From assembly GCA_022511385.1 (NCBI GenBank), contig JAFLRN010000004.1, positions 3,075 to 67,074 on the forward strand: DNA of 64,000 nucleotides, read 5' to 3'. Shown here in pieces: positions 49,828-60,322 of the stretch (the first letter of the stretch is position 1; each line of letters starts with the position of its first letter). The DNA is from Acetatifactor sp. (GTDB lineage Bacteria > Bacillota > Clostridia > Lachnospirales > Lachnospiraceae). Both the position numbers and the translations under genes were made by a program. Under the pieces are notes generated by a model. It was not told the origin of the DNA and ran no database searches. It worked only from the letters and a program-made list of their open reading frames with translations.

Positions 49828-51138
49828 TCAATCCGGCTCAAGTCCATCCTCCGAATATCGGTTCGTGGCATTCCAAAGAATCCACTCTTCATAGCCTGCA
49901 TCGTAAACCGCCTGTATCTGCTGGCGGATCTGTGGACCATCGTATGAGATATGACCGTCCACCCATGTGGCGGTAAAGGCCTGCAGCCAAGGACGCACCA
50001 AGGCACGGTCCTCCTCCGGCACTACTGCCAGTTCCTCCGCAGATCCTGTGAGTGCAGCCCGCACCGTTTCGTAGGGATGCGCGTCCGGCACATCCAAACC
50101 GAATACATTATTCCCATAGTGGGAGGGATAGACCATAGGACAGAGAACATCAATAATCTCGCCCAAGCCGGCATAATCCTGGCCTGTGACCCTCTTGTCC
50201 GTATCACTTCCGATAATAGTTCCAAACACGTCCGCCGCTACCGGCACGCCCACCTCGGAAAGCTCCGACCAGGCGTAGGTAAGAAATCCTGTAATAGCCT
50301 GCTGCCTGGTATAGCTCTGGGTGTCCACACCGTAGTCTGCCGCATCCGCAACGCTGCCTATGGGAAAACGCACATAGTCAAACTGTATCTCATCAAATCC
50401 CACAGCCGCTGCTTCCTTTGCCACCTCCACCAGATACTCCCACACCTCTTCCCGATAGGGATTCACCCAGGCAAGTCCGTTTGCATCCGTCACAGGAACA
50501 CCGGCCGGCGTTTTCAAGGCCAGCTCCGGGCGGTTCTGTGCCAGTAAGGGATCCTTGAAGCACACGACCCTGGCTATGGTATAAATATCATGATCCTTCA
50601 GTTCCTCCATCAGACCCTCCATATCCGCGATATAGCGGGTGCCCGCCCCCATTTGCAGGACGCTGTCCAGGTTCATCTCATAGGTGATCCTTCCCTCGTC
50701 ATCCTTCACATCGATCACCATTGTGTTCAGCTCCGTGTTATCCACCAGTTCCAGCAGATTCTGCAGGCCTGCACTTCCGGCCATCCGACCAGTGACGTAA
50801 ATTCCCTTTACCTGAATCCGAGGCCTCACGCGGGAAGGAATGGCAGATTCAATGACATCGTTCACCGGCTCCTGCAGTACAACACCTTCACCGGGGAGAT
50901 TTTCTCCCTCCGTTCCCTCTCCCATGGGCTGATGTTCCAAATCGGATGTCTCCCCCCAGGTCTCCTCGCTGTCTCGGCTCAGTCTTACACCAATCCAAAG
51001 GCCACAAAAAACGACCGCCAGCAGCAATACGGCAAACGCCACGGTGACTGCTATCCGCCGTTTTCTCCTGACTCTTTCACGATAACTCAAATAACCATGC
51101 CTTCTGTGTCGATAGCTTGTCCTTCTTCGGCTTCTCAT
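49828..51138 (-). CDS. Membrane-anchored putative glycoside hydrolase (DUF4015-like)
   Basis: KGIYVT, VIDVKDD, CFKD, GFDEIQFDYVRFP, PMVYPSHY, RPWLQAF. Confidence 0.8.
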   Translation of the reverse strand: MRSRRRTSYRHRRHGYLSYRERVRRKRRIAVTVAFAVLLLAVVFCGLWIGVRLSRDSEETWGETSDLEHQPMGEGTEGENLPGEGVVLQEPVNDVIESAIPSRVRPRIQVKGIYVTGRMAGSAGLQNLLELVDNTELNTMVIDVKDDEGRITYEMNLDSVLQMGAGTRYIADMEGLMEELKDHDIYTIARVVCFKDPLLAQNRPELALKTPAGVPVTDANGLAWVNPYREEVWEYLVEVAKEAAAVGFDEIQFDYVRFPIGSVADAADYGVDTQSYTRQQAITGFLTYAWSELSEVGVPVAADVFGTIIGSDTDKRVTGQDYAGLGEIIDVLCPMVYPSHYGNNVFGLDVPDAHPYETVRAALTGSAEELAVVPEEDRALVRPWLQAFTATWVDGHISYDGPQIRQQIQAVYDAGYEEWILWNATNRYSEDGLEPD

Positions 51139-51182
51139 AAATCATCTGTCCCCAAAACACTGTTTCGTTGATACATCTTCCT

Positions 51183-51878
51183 TTATTCTATCCCCCGCAA
51201 TTCTACTCTGTCTATGTATTTTCCTGCCAACTCTGCCATTTTTTCCATCTCCTGGGCAGAAAATGCCTGACAGCCCTGACCTATCATGCTCTCACTCTCC
51301 CGAAATCCCTGCAGAAAATAAGCACGGCAGCCTTGCAGCAGCCTGCCGATCTCCTCAAACTCCTCCAGAGTATGAATCCCCTTTACCACCGTGGTGCGGA
51401 ACTCATAGGAAATATTGCTCTCCATCAGCAGACGGATACTCTGTCGGATCCTATCGAAATCAATCTCCTTCAGCCCTGCCGCAGTGGCATAGTTGTCCGG
51501 TGAGGCCTTGATATCCATGGCAACGTAATCCAAAAGTCCCTCCTGCAGAAGCTGTTCCAGTACCTGGGGGCAGCTGCCGTTGGTGTCCAGCTTCACAAGA
51601 TACCCCAAACCTTTTAGCCTGCGGATGAAGCCCGCCAAATCCGGCTGCAGTGTGGGCTCTCCTCCAGTGACACAGATGCCCTCCAGGATCCCCTGCCGCT
51701 TTTTCAGATAGGAGAGCACCTCCTCTTCCCGTATCCTGGGCTGAGCCGCCGGCTCCAGCACCAGCAGTCCGTTGTGGCAGAAGGGACAGCGAAAATTACA
51801 GCCGCCCACAAACACAGTGGCTGCCACATGCCCTGGATAATCCAGCAATGTAGTTTTTTGAAAGCCGTATATTCTCAT
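51183..51878 (-). CDS. Anaerobic ribonucleotide reductase activase-like radical SAM protein
   Basis: TTLLDYPG, GCNFRCPFCHN, TGGEP, KLDTNG, AMDIK, EFRTT. Confidence 0.82.
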   Translation of the reverse strand: MRIYGFQKTTLLDYPGHVAATVFVGGCNFRCPFCHNGLLVLEPAAQPRIREEEVLSYLKKRQGILEGICVTGGEPTLQPDLAGFIRRLKGLGYLVKLDTNGSCPQVLEQLLQEGLLDYVAMDIKASPDNYATAAGLKEIDFDRIRQSIRLLMESNISYEFRTTVVKGIHTLEEFEEIGRLLQGCRAYFLQGFRESESMIGQGCQAFSAQEMEKMAELAGKYIDRVELRGIE

Positions 51879-52105
51879 AAATTCTTCATTCCTGTCTGTG
51901 CCGCCGTCCATTTCCCGGACTATTGTACCATGACCGCCCCGCATCATGGTATGGATGGCCATTCGGCCGTCTCATGCCACGAATAAGGTCATAAATGCCT
52001 GCCCGCTCCGATAGAATCGGACTATTGGGCAGGCATATCCAACAATATGACATATGCGTCATTTTATAAATCTTGTTCTTCTCGCCGTATTTATGACAGC
52101 AATTC

Positions 52106-53647
52106 TCATGCCTTTGCAGCGGCCTTTTTCCCTTTTCTTTGCTTGGCCACAGGCTCCTGAATCCTCGCCAGCCTGCCATACAGCTTCGCCATGTTCCGCA
52201 TCTTTTCCGCCAGCTCCTCCGTAAAGGCTCCCTGCTTCATCCGCCATTTCCAGTTGTCACCCAAGGTGGATGGTGTGTTGATCCTGGCCTCAGCGCCAAG
52301 CCCCAGAAGATCCTGCATGGGAATCACCGCCAGATTGGCAACACTGGCATATGCGGCCCGCACAAGCTCCCAATGGGCTTCCTTTCTGCGGCTCCTGGAT
52401 ATATTGAGATATTCTTCACAAAATTTTTTATCTTGCCTATTCAGGGTCCTATACCAGCCAAGCGTTGTGTCATTGTCGTGTGTACCAGTGTATACCACAC
52501 AGTTCTGAGGATAGTTGTGGGGCAGATAGTCGCTTTCCTCCCTGGAATCAAAGGCAAACTGCAGCACCTTCATGCCGGGATAGCCGGTGCGCTTCACGAG
52601 CCTGAGCACGGACGGAGTCAAGAAGCCAAGATCCTCCGCGATCACTTCCCGCTGGCCCAACTCCTTTTTCATGGCTGCAAACAGCTCATAGCCCGGACCC
52701 GGTTTCCACTCTCCGATTTCCGCCGTCTTTGCCCCGGCCGGGATGGAATAATAAGCGTCAAAAGCCCGAAAATGGTCAATGCGTACGACATCATACATCT
52801 GATAGCAGGCAGCAAGCCTTTTTAACCACCATTGATATCCTGTCTTCCTGTGGTATTCCCAGTCATAAAGAGGGTTGCCCCAGAGCTGGCCTGTAACGGA
52901 GAAAGCATCAGGCGGACAGCCTGCCACCGCCGTGGGATTGCAGTCTTTGTCAAACTGGAACAGCTCAGGATTGGCCCAGGCATCCGAGCTATCAAAGGCT
53001 ACATAGATGGGAATGTCACCGATGATGCTGATGCCCCGGCTGTTTGCATAAGCCTTCAGCTTCTCCCACTGCACCCGGAACATATACTGCTGGAACTGAT
53101 AAAATTCTATTTCGTCGGCATATTTTTTCTGATAAGCTTTCAGTGCCTGTGGCTTGCGGGTCTTGATATCCTCATCCCACTCCACCCAGCACACATTATC
53201 AAAGGATGCTTTCACTGCCATGTACAGGGCATAATTGTCCAGCCAGTAGCTGTTTTCTTTCACATACTTCCGGAAGTCCGGATCCTTTGAGATATCGCTG
53301 TTTTTCCAGGCCTTTCTCAGAAGCAGGAAACGGCTCTCGTAGAGCTTTCCGTAATCCACATACTCAGGATTTTCCCCAAAATCATAGCACTCACACTGTT
53401 TCTTTGTGATCCATCCCCGTTTCACAAGATCCTCCGGATCGATAAAATAGGGATTACCTGCAAAAGTGGAAAAGGATTGGTATGGAGAATCGCCGTAGCT
53501 GGTAGGGCCCAGAGGCAGTATCTGCCAACAGGACTGTCCGGCTTCCTTCAGCCTGTCCACAAACTCATATGCTTCTTTGGAGAAGCATCCGATTCCATAT
53601 GCCGATGGCAGACTTGACACCGGCAGCAGCACACCGCATTTTCTCAT
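52106..53647 (-). CDS. malQ: 4-alpha-glucanotransferase (GH77)
   Basis: WQILPLGPT, GDIPIYV, GCPPD, RIDHF, IAEDLG, YTGTHDN. Confidence 0.93.
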   Translation of the reverse strand: MRKCGVLLPVSSLPSAYGIGCFSKEAYEFVDRLKEAGQSCWQILPLGPTSYGDSPYQSFSTFAGNPYFIDPEDLVKRGWITKKQCECYDFGENPEYVDYGKLYESRFLLLRKAWKNSDISKDPDFRKYVKENSYWLDNYALYMAVKASFDNVCWVEWDEDIKTRKPQALKAYQKKYADEIEFYQFQQYMFRVQWEKLKAYANSRGISIIGDIPIYVAFDSSDAWANPELFQFDKDCNPTAVAGCPPDAFSVTGQLWGNPLYDWEYHRKTGYQWWLKRLAACYQMYDVVRIDHFRAFDAYYSIPAGAKTAEIGEWKPGPGYELFAAMKKELGQREVIAEDLGFLTPSVLRLVKRTGYPGMKVLQFAFDSREESDYLPHNYPQNCVVYTGTHDNDTTLGWYRTLNRQDKKFCEEYLNISRSRRKEAHWELVRAAYASVANLAVIPMQDLLGLGAEARINTPSTLGDNWKWRMKQGAFTEELAEKMRNMAKLYGRLARIQEPVAKQRKGKKAAAKA

Positions 53648-53669
53648 GGTAAACCCCTTTTGCTCCCTT

Positions 53670-53885
53670 CTAGTGACGTTCAGCCCGCGCCGAAACACTT
53701 CGCGTTCCTACGGCGGCTTTGTAGTCCGCTAGTGACGTTCAGCCCGCGCCCATTCGCAAAGTCGCGCCGCTGGCGCTGGCGGCTGTCTTTGCTCATAATC
53801 AGGCGCTCCCTCAGACGAGACAATCTGCAGAAAATTCGTGCAAGCACGATTTTCTGCAGCTCATCTCGTCTGGCTGAACTGTTAC
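53670..53885. repeat. Palindromic REP/MITE-like intergenic element
   Basis: 22-bp direct repeat CTAGTGACGTTCAGCCCGCGCC at 53670 and 53729; imperfect inverted end GGCTGAACTGTTAC; nested hairpin CAGACGAGA..CTGCAGAAAAT..ATTTTCTGCAG..TCTCGTCTG. Confidence 0.65.
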
Positions 53886-56158
53886 ATTAATCTCCAGATA
53901 TCCTTATTATACTCTTCTATGGTTCTGTCGGAGGAGAAGAAGCCGGCTTTGGCAATGTTGGTCAGCATCATTCGCTTCCACTTTTCCCTGTCCTCGTAGT
54001 CCGCGAACATCTGGTCCTTCACCTTGATGTAATCCTCCAGATCCAAAAGCGTCATGAACCAGTCCTTGTTCAAAAGCTCCTTGTAGAGGCGCTCCAGGTT
54101 CTCCTTGTGGCCCACCTTCATCGCCTGTTTTCCAACGATGAAATCCACTGCCCTCTTGATCACAGGACTCTTCTTATAATATTTCTTGGACACATAATCC
54201 GCCTTCGCATAGTGCTTGATGACAACATCGCTCTTTTCGCCAAAGATATAGATATTGTCATCACCCACCAGCTGGTGGATCTCAACATTTGCGCCATCGC
54301 TGGTGCCCAGCGTCACGGCTCCGTTCAGCATAAATTTCATATTACCGGTGCCGGATGCTTCTTTGGAAGCCAGGGAAATCTGTTCCGACACATCGCAGGC
54401 AGGAATCAGCTTCTCCGCATAGCTCACGTTGTAGTTCTCCACCATGACCACTTTCATGTAAGGACTCACATCGGGATCCTTATTCACGATTTCGGACAGC
54501 ACCAGCAACAGATGGATGATGTCCCGGGCAATCACATAGGCAGGGGCCGCTTTGGCTCCAAAAATAAAGGTAATGGGCCTTACAGGTTTCTTTCCACCCT
54601 TGATCTCCAGATACTTGTGAATGATGTACAGGGCGTTCATCTGTTGACGCTTGTACTCATGAAGCCTTTTTACCTGAATGTCAAAAATAGAATTGGGATC
54701 CAGTTCAATGCCTTCCTTCTCCTTGATATAAGCAGCCAGCGCCTCCTTCTTCTGCATCTTGATGCTCTCAATGGCGTCAAGAACCTTCTCGTCGTCCGCC
54801 TTTTTCAGCAGCTTTTCCAGTTCATTCGCATCCTTCTTGTAACCGTCGCCGATGGTGTCAGTCAGCAGCGCAGCCAGCTCCCTGTTGCAGGACAGCAGCC
54901 ATCTGCGGAAAGTGATGCCGTTGGTCTTATTGTTGAACTTATCGGGATAGATCTCATAAAAATCATGCAGCTCCGTGTCCTTCAGAATATCCGTGTGAAT
55001 GGCTGCCACGCCGTTTACGCTGTAGCCATAGTGGATATCAATATGAGCCATATGTACTCTTTTTTCTGCGTCAATGATCTGTACCTTAGGGTTCTTGTAC
55101 TTCTTCGCTACTCGTGCACTCAATTCCTTGATGATAGGAACCAGCTGGGGCACCACCTGCTCGATATAAGCCAAAGGCCATGTCTCCAGAGCCTCCGCCA
55201 GAATAGTATGGTTGGTGTAGGCACAGGTCTTGCTCACCACCTTCACGGCATCCTCGATGGTAAAGCCCTCGTCCCAGGTCAAAATACGGATCAACTCAGG
55301 AATCACCAGGGTGGGGTGGGTATCGTTGATCTGAATGGCAACGTATTTATCCATGTGGTGCAGATTGCGGCCTTGTTCCTTCAGTTCCCTGATAATGAAC
55401 TGAGCGCCGTTGCTGACCATAAAGTACTCCTGGTAGATACGCAGCAGGTTACCGGCCTCGTCCGAATCGTCGGGATACAAAAACAGGGTCAGGTTTTTAT
55501 CGACCTTTTTCTTGTCAAAATCAATCCCCTTCTTTACCAGGCCTTCATCCACCGTCTCCAGATCGAACAGGTGTAAAGTATTTCGGCCATTCTCATAACC
55601 AATGACATCAATGTCATAAAGCACAGATGTCACTTTTTTATCTCCGAAGCACACCTCAAAGGTGGTGTCTGTTTTGTTCAGCCAGGAATTTTTCTCAATC
55701 CAATCATTCTTTTCGGCCTTTTGCAGTCTATCCTGAAATACCTGTTTGAAAAGGCCGAAGTGATAGTTAAGGCCAATGCCGTCGCCGGGCAGCCCCAGCG
55801 TGGCAATGGAGTCCAAAAAGCAGGCTGCAAGACGTCCAAGTCCACCGTTTCCCAGGGAGGGTTCCGGCTCCGCCTCCTCGATCACTGACAGGTCCTTCCC
55901 ATTCTTTTTTAAGACCTCTGACAATTCCTCGTATATTCCCAGATTGATCAGGTTGTTGGACAAAAGCTTTCCGATCAGAAATTCCATGGAGATGTAGTAA
56001 ACCTTCTTTTTTCCCTTAATTGCAGGCTTACCGGCCATCTGCTCCTTGGTCAGCTGCAGCACACAGTCATACAACTGCGAATCCGTGCAGGTCTTAATGC
56101 TTTTGCCATATTTTGCCTTGGTCAACTTTTCCAGCTGTTTTTCCAAATTCATTTCCAT
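53882..56158 (-). CDS. glgP: Glycogen/maltodextrin phosphorylase
   Basis: [39 protein letters not shown]. Confidence 0.93.
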   Translation of the reverse strand: MEMNLEKQLEKLTKAKYGKSIKTCTDSQLYDCVLQLTKEQMAGKPAIKGKKKVYYISMEFLIGKLLSNNLINLGIYEELSEVLKKNGKDLSVIEEAEPEPSLGNGGLGRLAACFLDSIATLGLPGDGIGLNYHFGLFKQVFQDRLQKAEKNDWIEKNSWLNKTDTTFEVCFGDKKVTSVLYDIDVIGYENGRNTLHLFDLETVDEGLVKKGIDFDKKKVDKNLTLFLYPDDSDEAGNLLRIYQEYFMVSNGAQFIIRELKEQGRNLHHMDKYVAIQINDTHPTLVIPELIRILTWDEGFTIEDAVKVVSKTCAYTNHTILAEALETWPLAYIEQVVPQLVPIIKELSARVAKKYKNPKVQIIDAEKRVHMAHIDIHYGYSVNGVAAIHTDILKDTELHDFYEIYPDKFNNKTNGITFRRWLLSCNRELAALLTDTIGDGYKKDANELEKLLKKADDEKVLDAIESIKMQKKEALAAYIKEKEGIELDPNSIFDIQVKRLHEYKRQQMNALYIIHKYLEIKGGKKPVRPITFIFGAKAAPAYVIARDIIHLLLVLSEIVNKDPDVSPYMKVVMVENYNVSYAEKLIPACDVSEQISLASKEASGTGNMKFMLNGAVTLGTSDGANVEIHQLVGDDNIYIFGEKSDVVIKHYAKADYVSKKYYKKSPVIKRAVDFIVGKQAMKVGHKENLERLYKELLNKDWFMTLLDLEDYIKVKDQMFADYEDREKWKRMMLTNIAKAGFFSSDRTIEEYNKDIWRLM

Positions 56159-56494
56159 TCCATACCTCCTGTACGATCAGCAGACATCCTGATACTCCTG
56201 TCCGCTTCATATGAGAGTGCAAACACTCCTCTCTCACTATTATGCTTTTCTCATGTTCTATAATAATGAGCCCTTCCAGTTATGCCATTTATAGAAAGTT
56301 CTTTCTGTATGGTAGAATATCACAGGAAGAGATTTTCCGCAACGCAAATTTTATAGTGAAACAGAGAAAAGGATCGGCAGCAAGAAAGCAATGATACAGG
56401 TAACAAGACAACAGTGGGCAGGTTGTGTGAAAAGAGCATGTGTGATAAAATAGTATTAGTGTTTTATCGAAATTTGCACACAGGGAGTCCGCCT

Positions 56495-57001
56495 ATGGCA
56501 GTTGTAAAAAATATTCAGGAAAAGTACATGAAAGAAGCCCTGAAGCAGGCGAAAAAGGCCTATGCATTGGGCGAGGTCCCCATCGGCTGCGTCATCGTTC
56601 ATGAGGGAAAGATCATTGGCCGTGGCTATAACCGGCGCAACACGGACAAAAATACTCTTGCTCACGCGGAAATTACCGCCATCAACAAGGCCAGCAAATA
56701 TATCGGTGACTGGCGGCTGGAGGAGTGCACCCTATACGTTACCTTGGAGCCCTGTCAGATGTGCGCTGGAGCCATCGTCCAGGCCCGGATCCCGGAGGTC
56801 GTCATGGGGTGTATGAACCCCAAGGCGGGCTGCGCAGGCTCCATCCTGAACATCCTGGAAATGCCTCAGTTCAACCACCAGGTCTCTGTTACCAAGGGCA
56901 TTCTGGAGCAGGAGTGCAGCGACTTGCTAAAGCTGTTCTTTACGGAGCTGCGCAAACGGAATAAAGAGGAAAAGCAAAACCAGAGTTATTCTGCAATATA
57001 G
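56495..57001 (+). CDS. tadA: tRNA adenosine(34) deaminase
   Basis: GEVPIG, AHAE, LYVTLEPCQMCAGA. Confidence 0.9.
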   Translation: MAVVKNIQEKYMKEALKQAKKAYALGEVPIGCVIVHEGKIIGRGYNRRNTDKNTLAHAEITAINKASKYIGDWRLEECTLYVTLEPCQMCAGAIVQARIPEVVMGCMNPKAGCAGSILNILEMPQFNHQVSVTKGILEQECSDLLKLFFTELRKRNKEEKQNQSYSAI

Positions 57002-57486
57002 GTAGGTGCGTTTTTCGGACTCTTTCCCTTGATCACATTGTGATAGTAAGCGTAGGTCATGGGTGCGTCCTCCTTCAGCGTATCCGCATCCACTACCTTT
57101 CCCAGAAAGACTGTATGTGTAGAGGTTTCCATCTTGTCGATCACTTCACACACGATATAAGCGCAGGCATCTGCCACCACCGGCATAAATCCTTTTACTA
57201 CCTGTTCTACCTCATCAAACTTGTTATTATCCCGACCACTCTTGAAACCAAAAGTGCCAATGATGCCCGGACTGGAATTCTCTCCCAAAATGGATATGGC
57301 AAACTTTCCCGTATCCTGAATGCACTGATTGGTATAATTGTCGTGATTAATGCTCACCGCGATAGTAGCAGGCTCCGAAGTTATCTGCATCGCACTGTTT
57401 GCCGTGCAGCCGGTAGCCCTTCCCTTGTCCCAAGTACTCACCACGTAAACTCCATAAGATAGTTGACGAAACGCATTCTTGTTCAT
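56986..57486 (-). CDS. Flavin reductase family protein
   Basis: LSYGVYVVS, FGFKSGR, THTVFLG, MTYAYYH. Confidence 0.87.
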   Translation of the reverse strand: MNKNAFRQLSYGVYVVSTWDKGRATGCTANSAMQITSEPATIAVSINHDNYTNQCIQDTGKFAISILGENSSPGIIGTFGFKSGRDNNKFDEVEQVVKGFMPVVADACAYIVCEVIDKMETSTHTVFLGKVVDADTLKEDAPMTYAYYHNVIKGKSPKNAPTYIAE

Positions 57487-57738
57487 ATACTCTCCTTTCA
57501 CCGTGTGCCTCTTTGTGCATCCCCGGTCATCAAACAAACCATTTATAAACTATGATACAGTATAACATATTTATCATATTTATTCCAGAGAAGTATGTAA
57601 TAAATGAAAACTGCTATTTACGTTGCTTTTTGTCAGGTTTCAGGCAGACCCGCCGCACGATGCCGTCACTTGCGGAAAACTAACGGTGAACAGCAGCAAG
57701 CCTGCTGAAACAACGGGAAAACTCAAATCAAATATTTC

Positions 57739-57767
57739 TTGACAAAAACACTGGGAATAGATACACT
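57739..57767 (+). promoter_or_regulatory. Sigma-A promoter of SRP RNA
   Basis: TTGACA-N17-TACACT. Confidence 0.75.
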
Positions 57768-57773
57768 TATAAA

Positions 57774-57928
57774 GCCGTACATTCCTGTGGCAATGCGGTG
57801 ATGAAATTCGGTCTTGCGCAATGAAAATCTGCGAACCGTGTCAGGTTGGGAACAAAGCAGCACTAAGCAGAATTTTTCATGTGCCGTGAGGCAGCCGGAT
57901 GGAGTCGTACTGCCCAGGGGTGTGCGGT
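57774..57928 (+). ncRNA. ffs: Signal recognition particle RNA
   Basis: Helix 8 signature GTCAGG-TTG-GGAA-CAA-AGCAGC; ends GCCGTAC/GTGCGGT pair; near tadA, as in many Firmicutes. Confidence 0.85.
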
Positions 57929-57971
57929 ATTTTCATCCAATGCCGGATGAGCGGCTTCGGGAGGCTCACTC

Positions 57972-58895
57972 ATGAATATCACCCTGGAAACAATCGACAA
58001 GATAATGCAGGACTGCACTCTCTGCCCCAGGCGCTGCCATGCTGACCGCATTTCCGAAAAGCCCGGCTTCTGTGGACAAGGCGCCGAGATCACAGCAGCA
58101 CGCGCAGCGCTGCACTTTTGGGAAGAGCCCTGTATCTCCGGCAGCTGCGGTTCCGGTACCGTATTTTTCTCCGGCTGCAGTCTACAGTGCGTGTACTGCC
58201 AGAACCGTCAGATAGCTCTGGGCCGAACCGGCCGAAGCATTTCCCTGGAACGCCTGGCGGAAATCTTTTTAGAACTTCAGGAAAAGAAAGCTGCAAACAT
58301 CAACCTGGTGACCGCAGGCCACTTCCTGCCCCAGGTGGCATACAGTCTTGAACTTGCAAAACAATTGGGTCTAACGCTTCCCGTAGTGTACAATACCGGC
58401 AGCTACGAGGAGGTCTCTTCCCTGCGGATGTTGGAAGGCCTGGTGGACATCTACCTGCCGGACCTGAAATACCGTTCCCCTGAGCTGTCCGCTAAATACT
58501 CCAATGCGCCGGATTATTTTGAGAAGGCCGCTGCCGCCATTGAAGAGATGTACCGCCAGACGGGATCGCTTGTTTTTGATCCTGAAACAGGCCTGATGAA
58601 ACGGGGCGTCATTGTCCGCCATCTGCTTTTGCCAGGACAGTCCAGAGATTCCAAACAAATCTTGCGGTACCTTCACAATACTTATAAAAATGACATATCT
58701 GTCAGTATTATGAACCAATTTACACCACTTGCAGACGCCAATCTGCCGCAGGAGTTGAATCGGCGGGTCACCACGGAAGAATACGACAAAATCCTCTCCT
58801 TCGGGGAGAGGATCGGTATCGAACAGGGCTATTATCAGGAGGGCGAAACTGCCGCAGAAAGCTTTATTCCACCCTTTGACTGCGAAGGAATTTGA
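57972..58895 (+). CDS. PflX-type radical SAM protein
   Basis: CTLCPRRC, HFWEEPCISG, GCSLQCVYCQN, NINLVT, YLPDLKY, VRHLLLPG. Confidence 0.87.
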   Translation: MNITLETIDKIMQDCTLCPRRCHADRISEKPGFCGQGAEITAARAALHFWEEPCISGSCGSGTVFFSGCSLQCVYCQNRQIALGRTGRSISLERLAEIFLELQEKKAANINLVTAGHFLPQVAYSLELAKQLGLTLPVVYNTGSYEEVSSLRMLEGLVDIYLPDLKYRSPELSAKYSNAPDYFEKAAAAIEEMYRQTGSLVFDPETGLMKRGVIVRHLLLPGQSRDSKQILRYLHNTYKNDISVSIMNQFTPLADANLPQELNRRVTTEEYDKILSFGERIGIEQGYYQEGETAAESFIPPFDCEGI

Positions 58896-58949
58896 CTTGA
58901 GCCCACATCACTGGCGGTCTTTAGACGAATCACAAAGGCGTGCCCGCCA

Positions 58950-60245
58950 TCACAATTCCATCCGCATCAAATAATACCCGAAATCTCCCGTCTTTGCAGG
59001 CTCTCTATCACACTCAAAGCTCTCAAAACCGAACATGACAGCTACTTGCTTTTCTCTTTCGTAATAATTACCGGGCACACCCAGATAGTACCTTACCTCA
59101 CTCCGACGCTCAACCCTTGCAAGGATCAGATGCTTATAATTATAAAAGCCATGCAGCAAAAAACTGTTGTTTGCCGCCCGATAGTAGCTTTCCGGAAACA
59201 GCACAAAATCAGAGGGACTTAAGGAGAGATACTCCCGCTCGTCGTCAAACGGCTTAATGTGGGGATAGATAGCCGAAAGCTGCTGCCACTTGTCCTCCAA
59301 TAGCTTTACAGCCGGTTTTTGTTCGGACTCGTTCCTGTTTTTCTGTTGACCGCTGCCTTCTGATACCTGTGGCTCCGGTGCCGGCTTTTCGTTGCGCTGG
59401 TTTATTTCTTTGTTCGCAGGCTCTTGATGCTCAGGTACTGATGCAGCATTCTCGGTCTCGCAGGGTTCTGATTTCAGAGCTTCTGCTTGTTGAAGTTCTG
59501 CTGTCTGTACTACTGTTTCTTGAGCCGCTGTTTCTTGAACCGCTGTTTCTTTAGCTGATGTTTCTCGAATTGTTGGTTTTGAAACCACTGTTTGTTGAGT
59601 CACTGTTTCCGCAACCACTGCTTCTCCAGCTTCTCTTTCCTGAACTTCCGTTTCCTGAGCTACTCCTTCCTGAACTTCCGCTTCCTGGGTGTCTGTTTCC
59701 TGGGCTTCTGTTTTATGAACTCCTGCTCCTTGACTCTCTGTTTCCTGTAGTCTCGCTCCTTCGCCTCTTGTCGTCAAAGACATCTCCGCCATACCCCCTG
59801 GCTTCGAAGAGTCTGACTCTGCAGATTCTGGTTCAGAGCTTTCTCGTCCCAAGCTTTCTGTTTCCAAGGATTCTGCAGGCCTGGCTGCTTTATTCGTAAC
59901 CCTCCCCCAGGCACAGCAAAGTTCCCTGCTGCCGCCCACAGGGATTTTTATCTCCCGCAAATCTTCATATGAAATACCGGTGCTGCCAATACCCTCCGTC
60001 ATCTTACAGGAATAGCTGAAGCAGCCGACACCCTCCTGAAGGGTAATCCGACCCAGAACCACCTCTGTCTCCGAGCCGCTCAGCACCACATCCCTGACAA
60101 AGGAATCCGTAGGATAAAGCCCTTTGATATGTAAATCCATTGTCAAAAAACCGTCCCGCACTTCCAGCTTCACAAAACCGCCGCCTTTTACTCTTTCTCC
60201 ATTTTCATAGTAATCTACATACTTTATTTTTCTGTCATATAACAT
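58950..60245 (-). CDS. DUF6128-like protein with central low-complexity acidic repeats
   Basis: Conserved-looking C-terminus NNSFLLHGFYNYKHLIL...YYLGVPG...MFGF; central QET/QE pentapeptide repeats. Confidence 0.72.
   Translation of the reverse strand: MLYDRKIKYVDYYENGERVKGGGFVKLEVRDGFLTMDLHIKGLYPTDSFVRDVVLSGSETEVVLGRITLQEGVGCFSYSCKMTEGIGSTGISYEDLREIKIPVGGSRELCCAWGRVTNKAARPAESLETESLGRESSEPESAESDSSKPGGMAEMSLTTRGEGARLQETESQGAGVHKTEAQETDTQEAEVQEGVAQETEVQEREAGEAVVAETVTQQTVVSKPTIRETSAKETAVQETAAQETVVQTAELQQAEALKSEPCETENAASVPEHQEPANKEINQRNEKPAPEPQVSEGSGQQKNRNESEQKPAVKLLEDKWQQLSAIYPHIKPFDDEREYLSLSPSDFVLFPESYYRAANNSFLLHGFYNYKHLILARVERRSEVRYYLGVPGNYYEREKQVAVMFGFESFECDREPAKTGDFGYYLMRMEL
59450..59870 (-). 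repeat. Degenerate 15-bp coding repeats
   Basis: For example tgagccgctgtttct tgaaccgctgtttct; encodes xxQET-type units. Confidence 0.65.
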
Positions 60246-60251
60246 ACAAAT

Positions 60252-60308
60252 ACCTCCGGAATAAATATGAAATGAACTGGATGCTCATTCCATATTTATT
60301 CCGGAGGT
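60252..60308 (-). promoter_or_regulatory. 18-bp inverted repeat sequestering the RBS of the DUF6128-like gene
   Basis: ACCTCCGGAATAAATATG...CATATTTATTCCGGAGGT; the GGAGGT RBS is in the downstream arm. Confidence 0.7.
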
Positions 60309-60322
60309 TGTCTTAAAATGAC

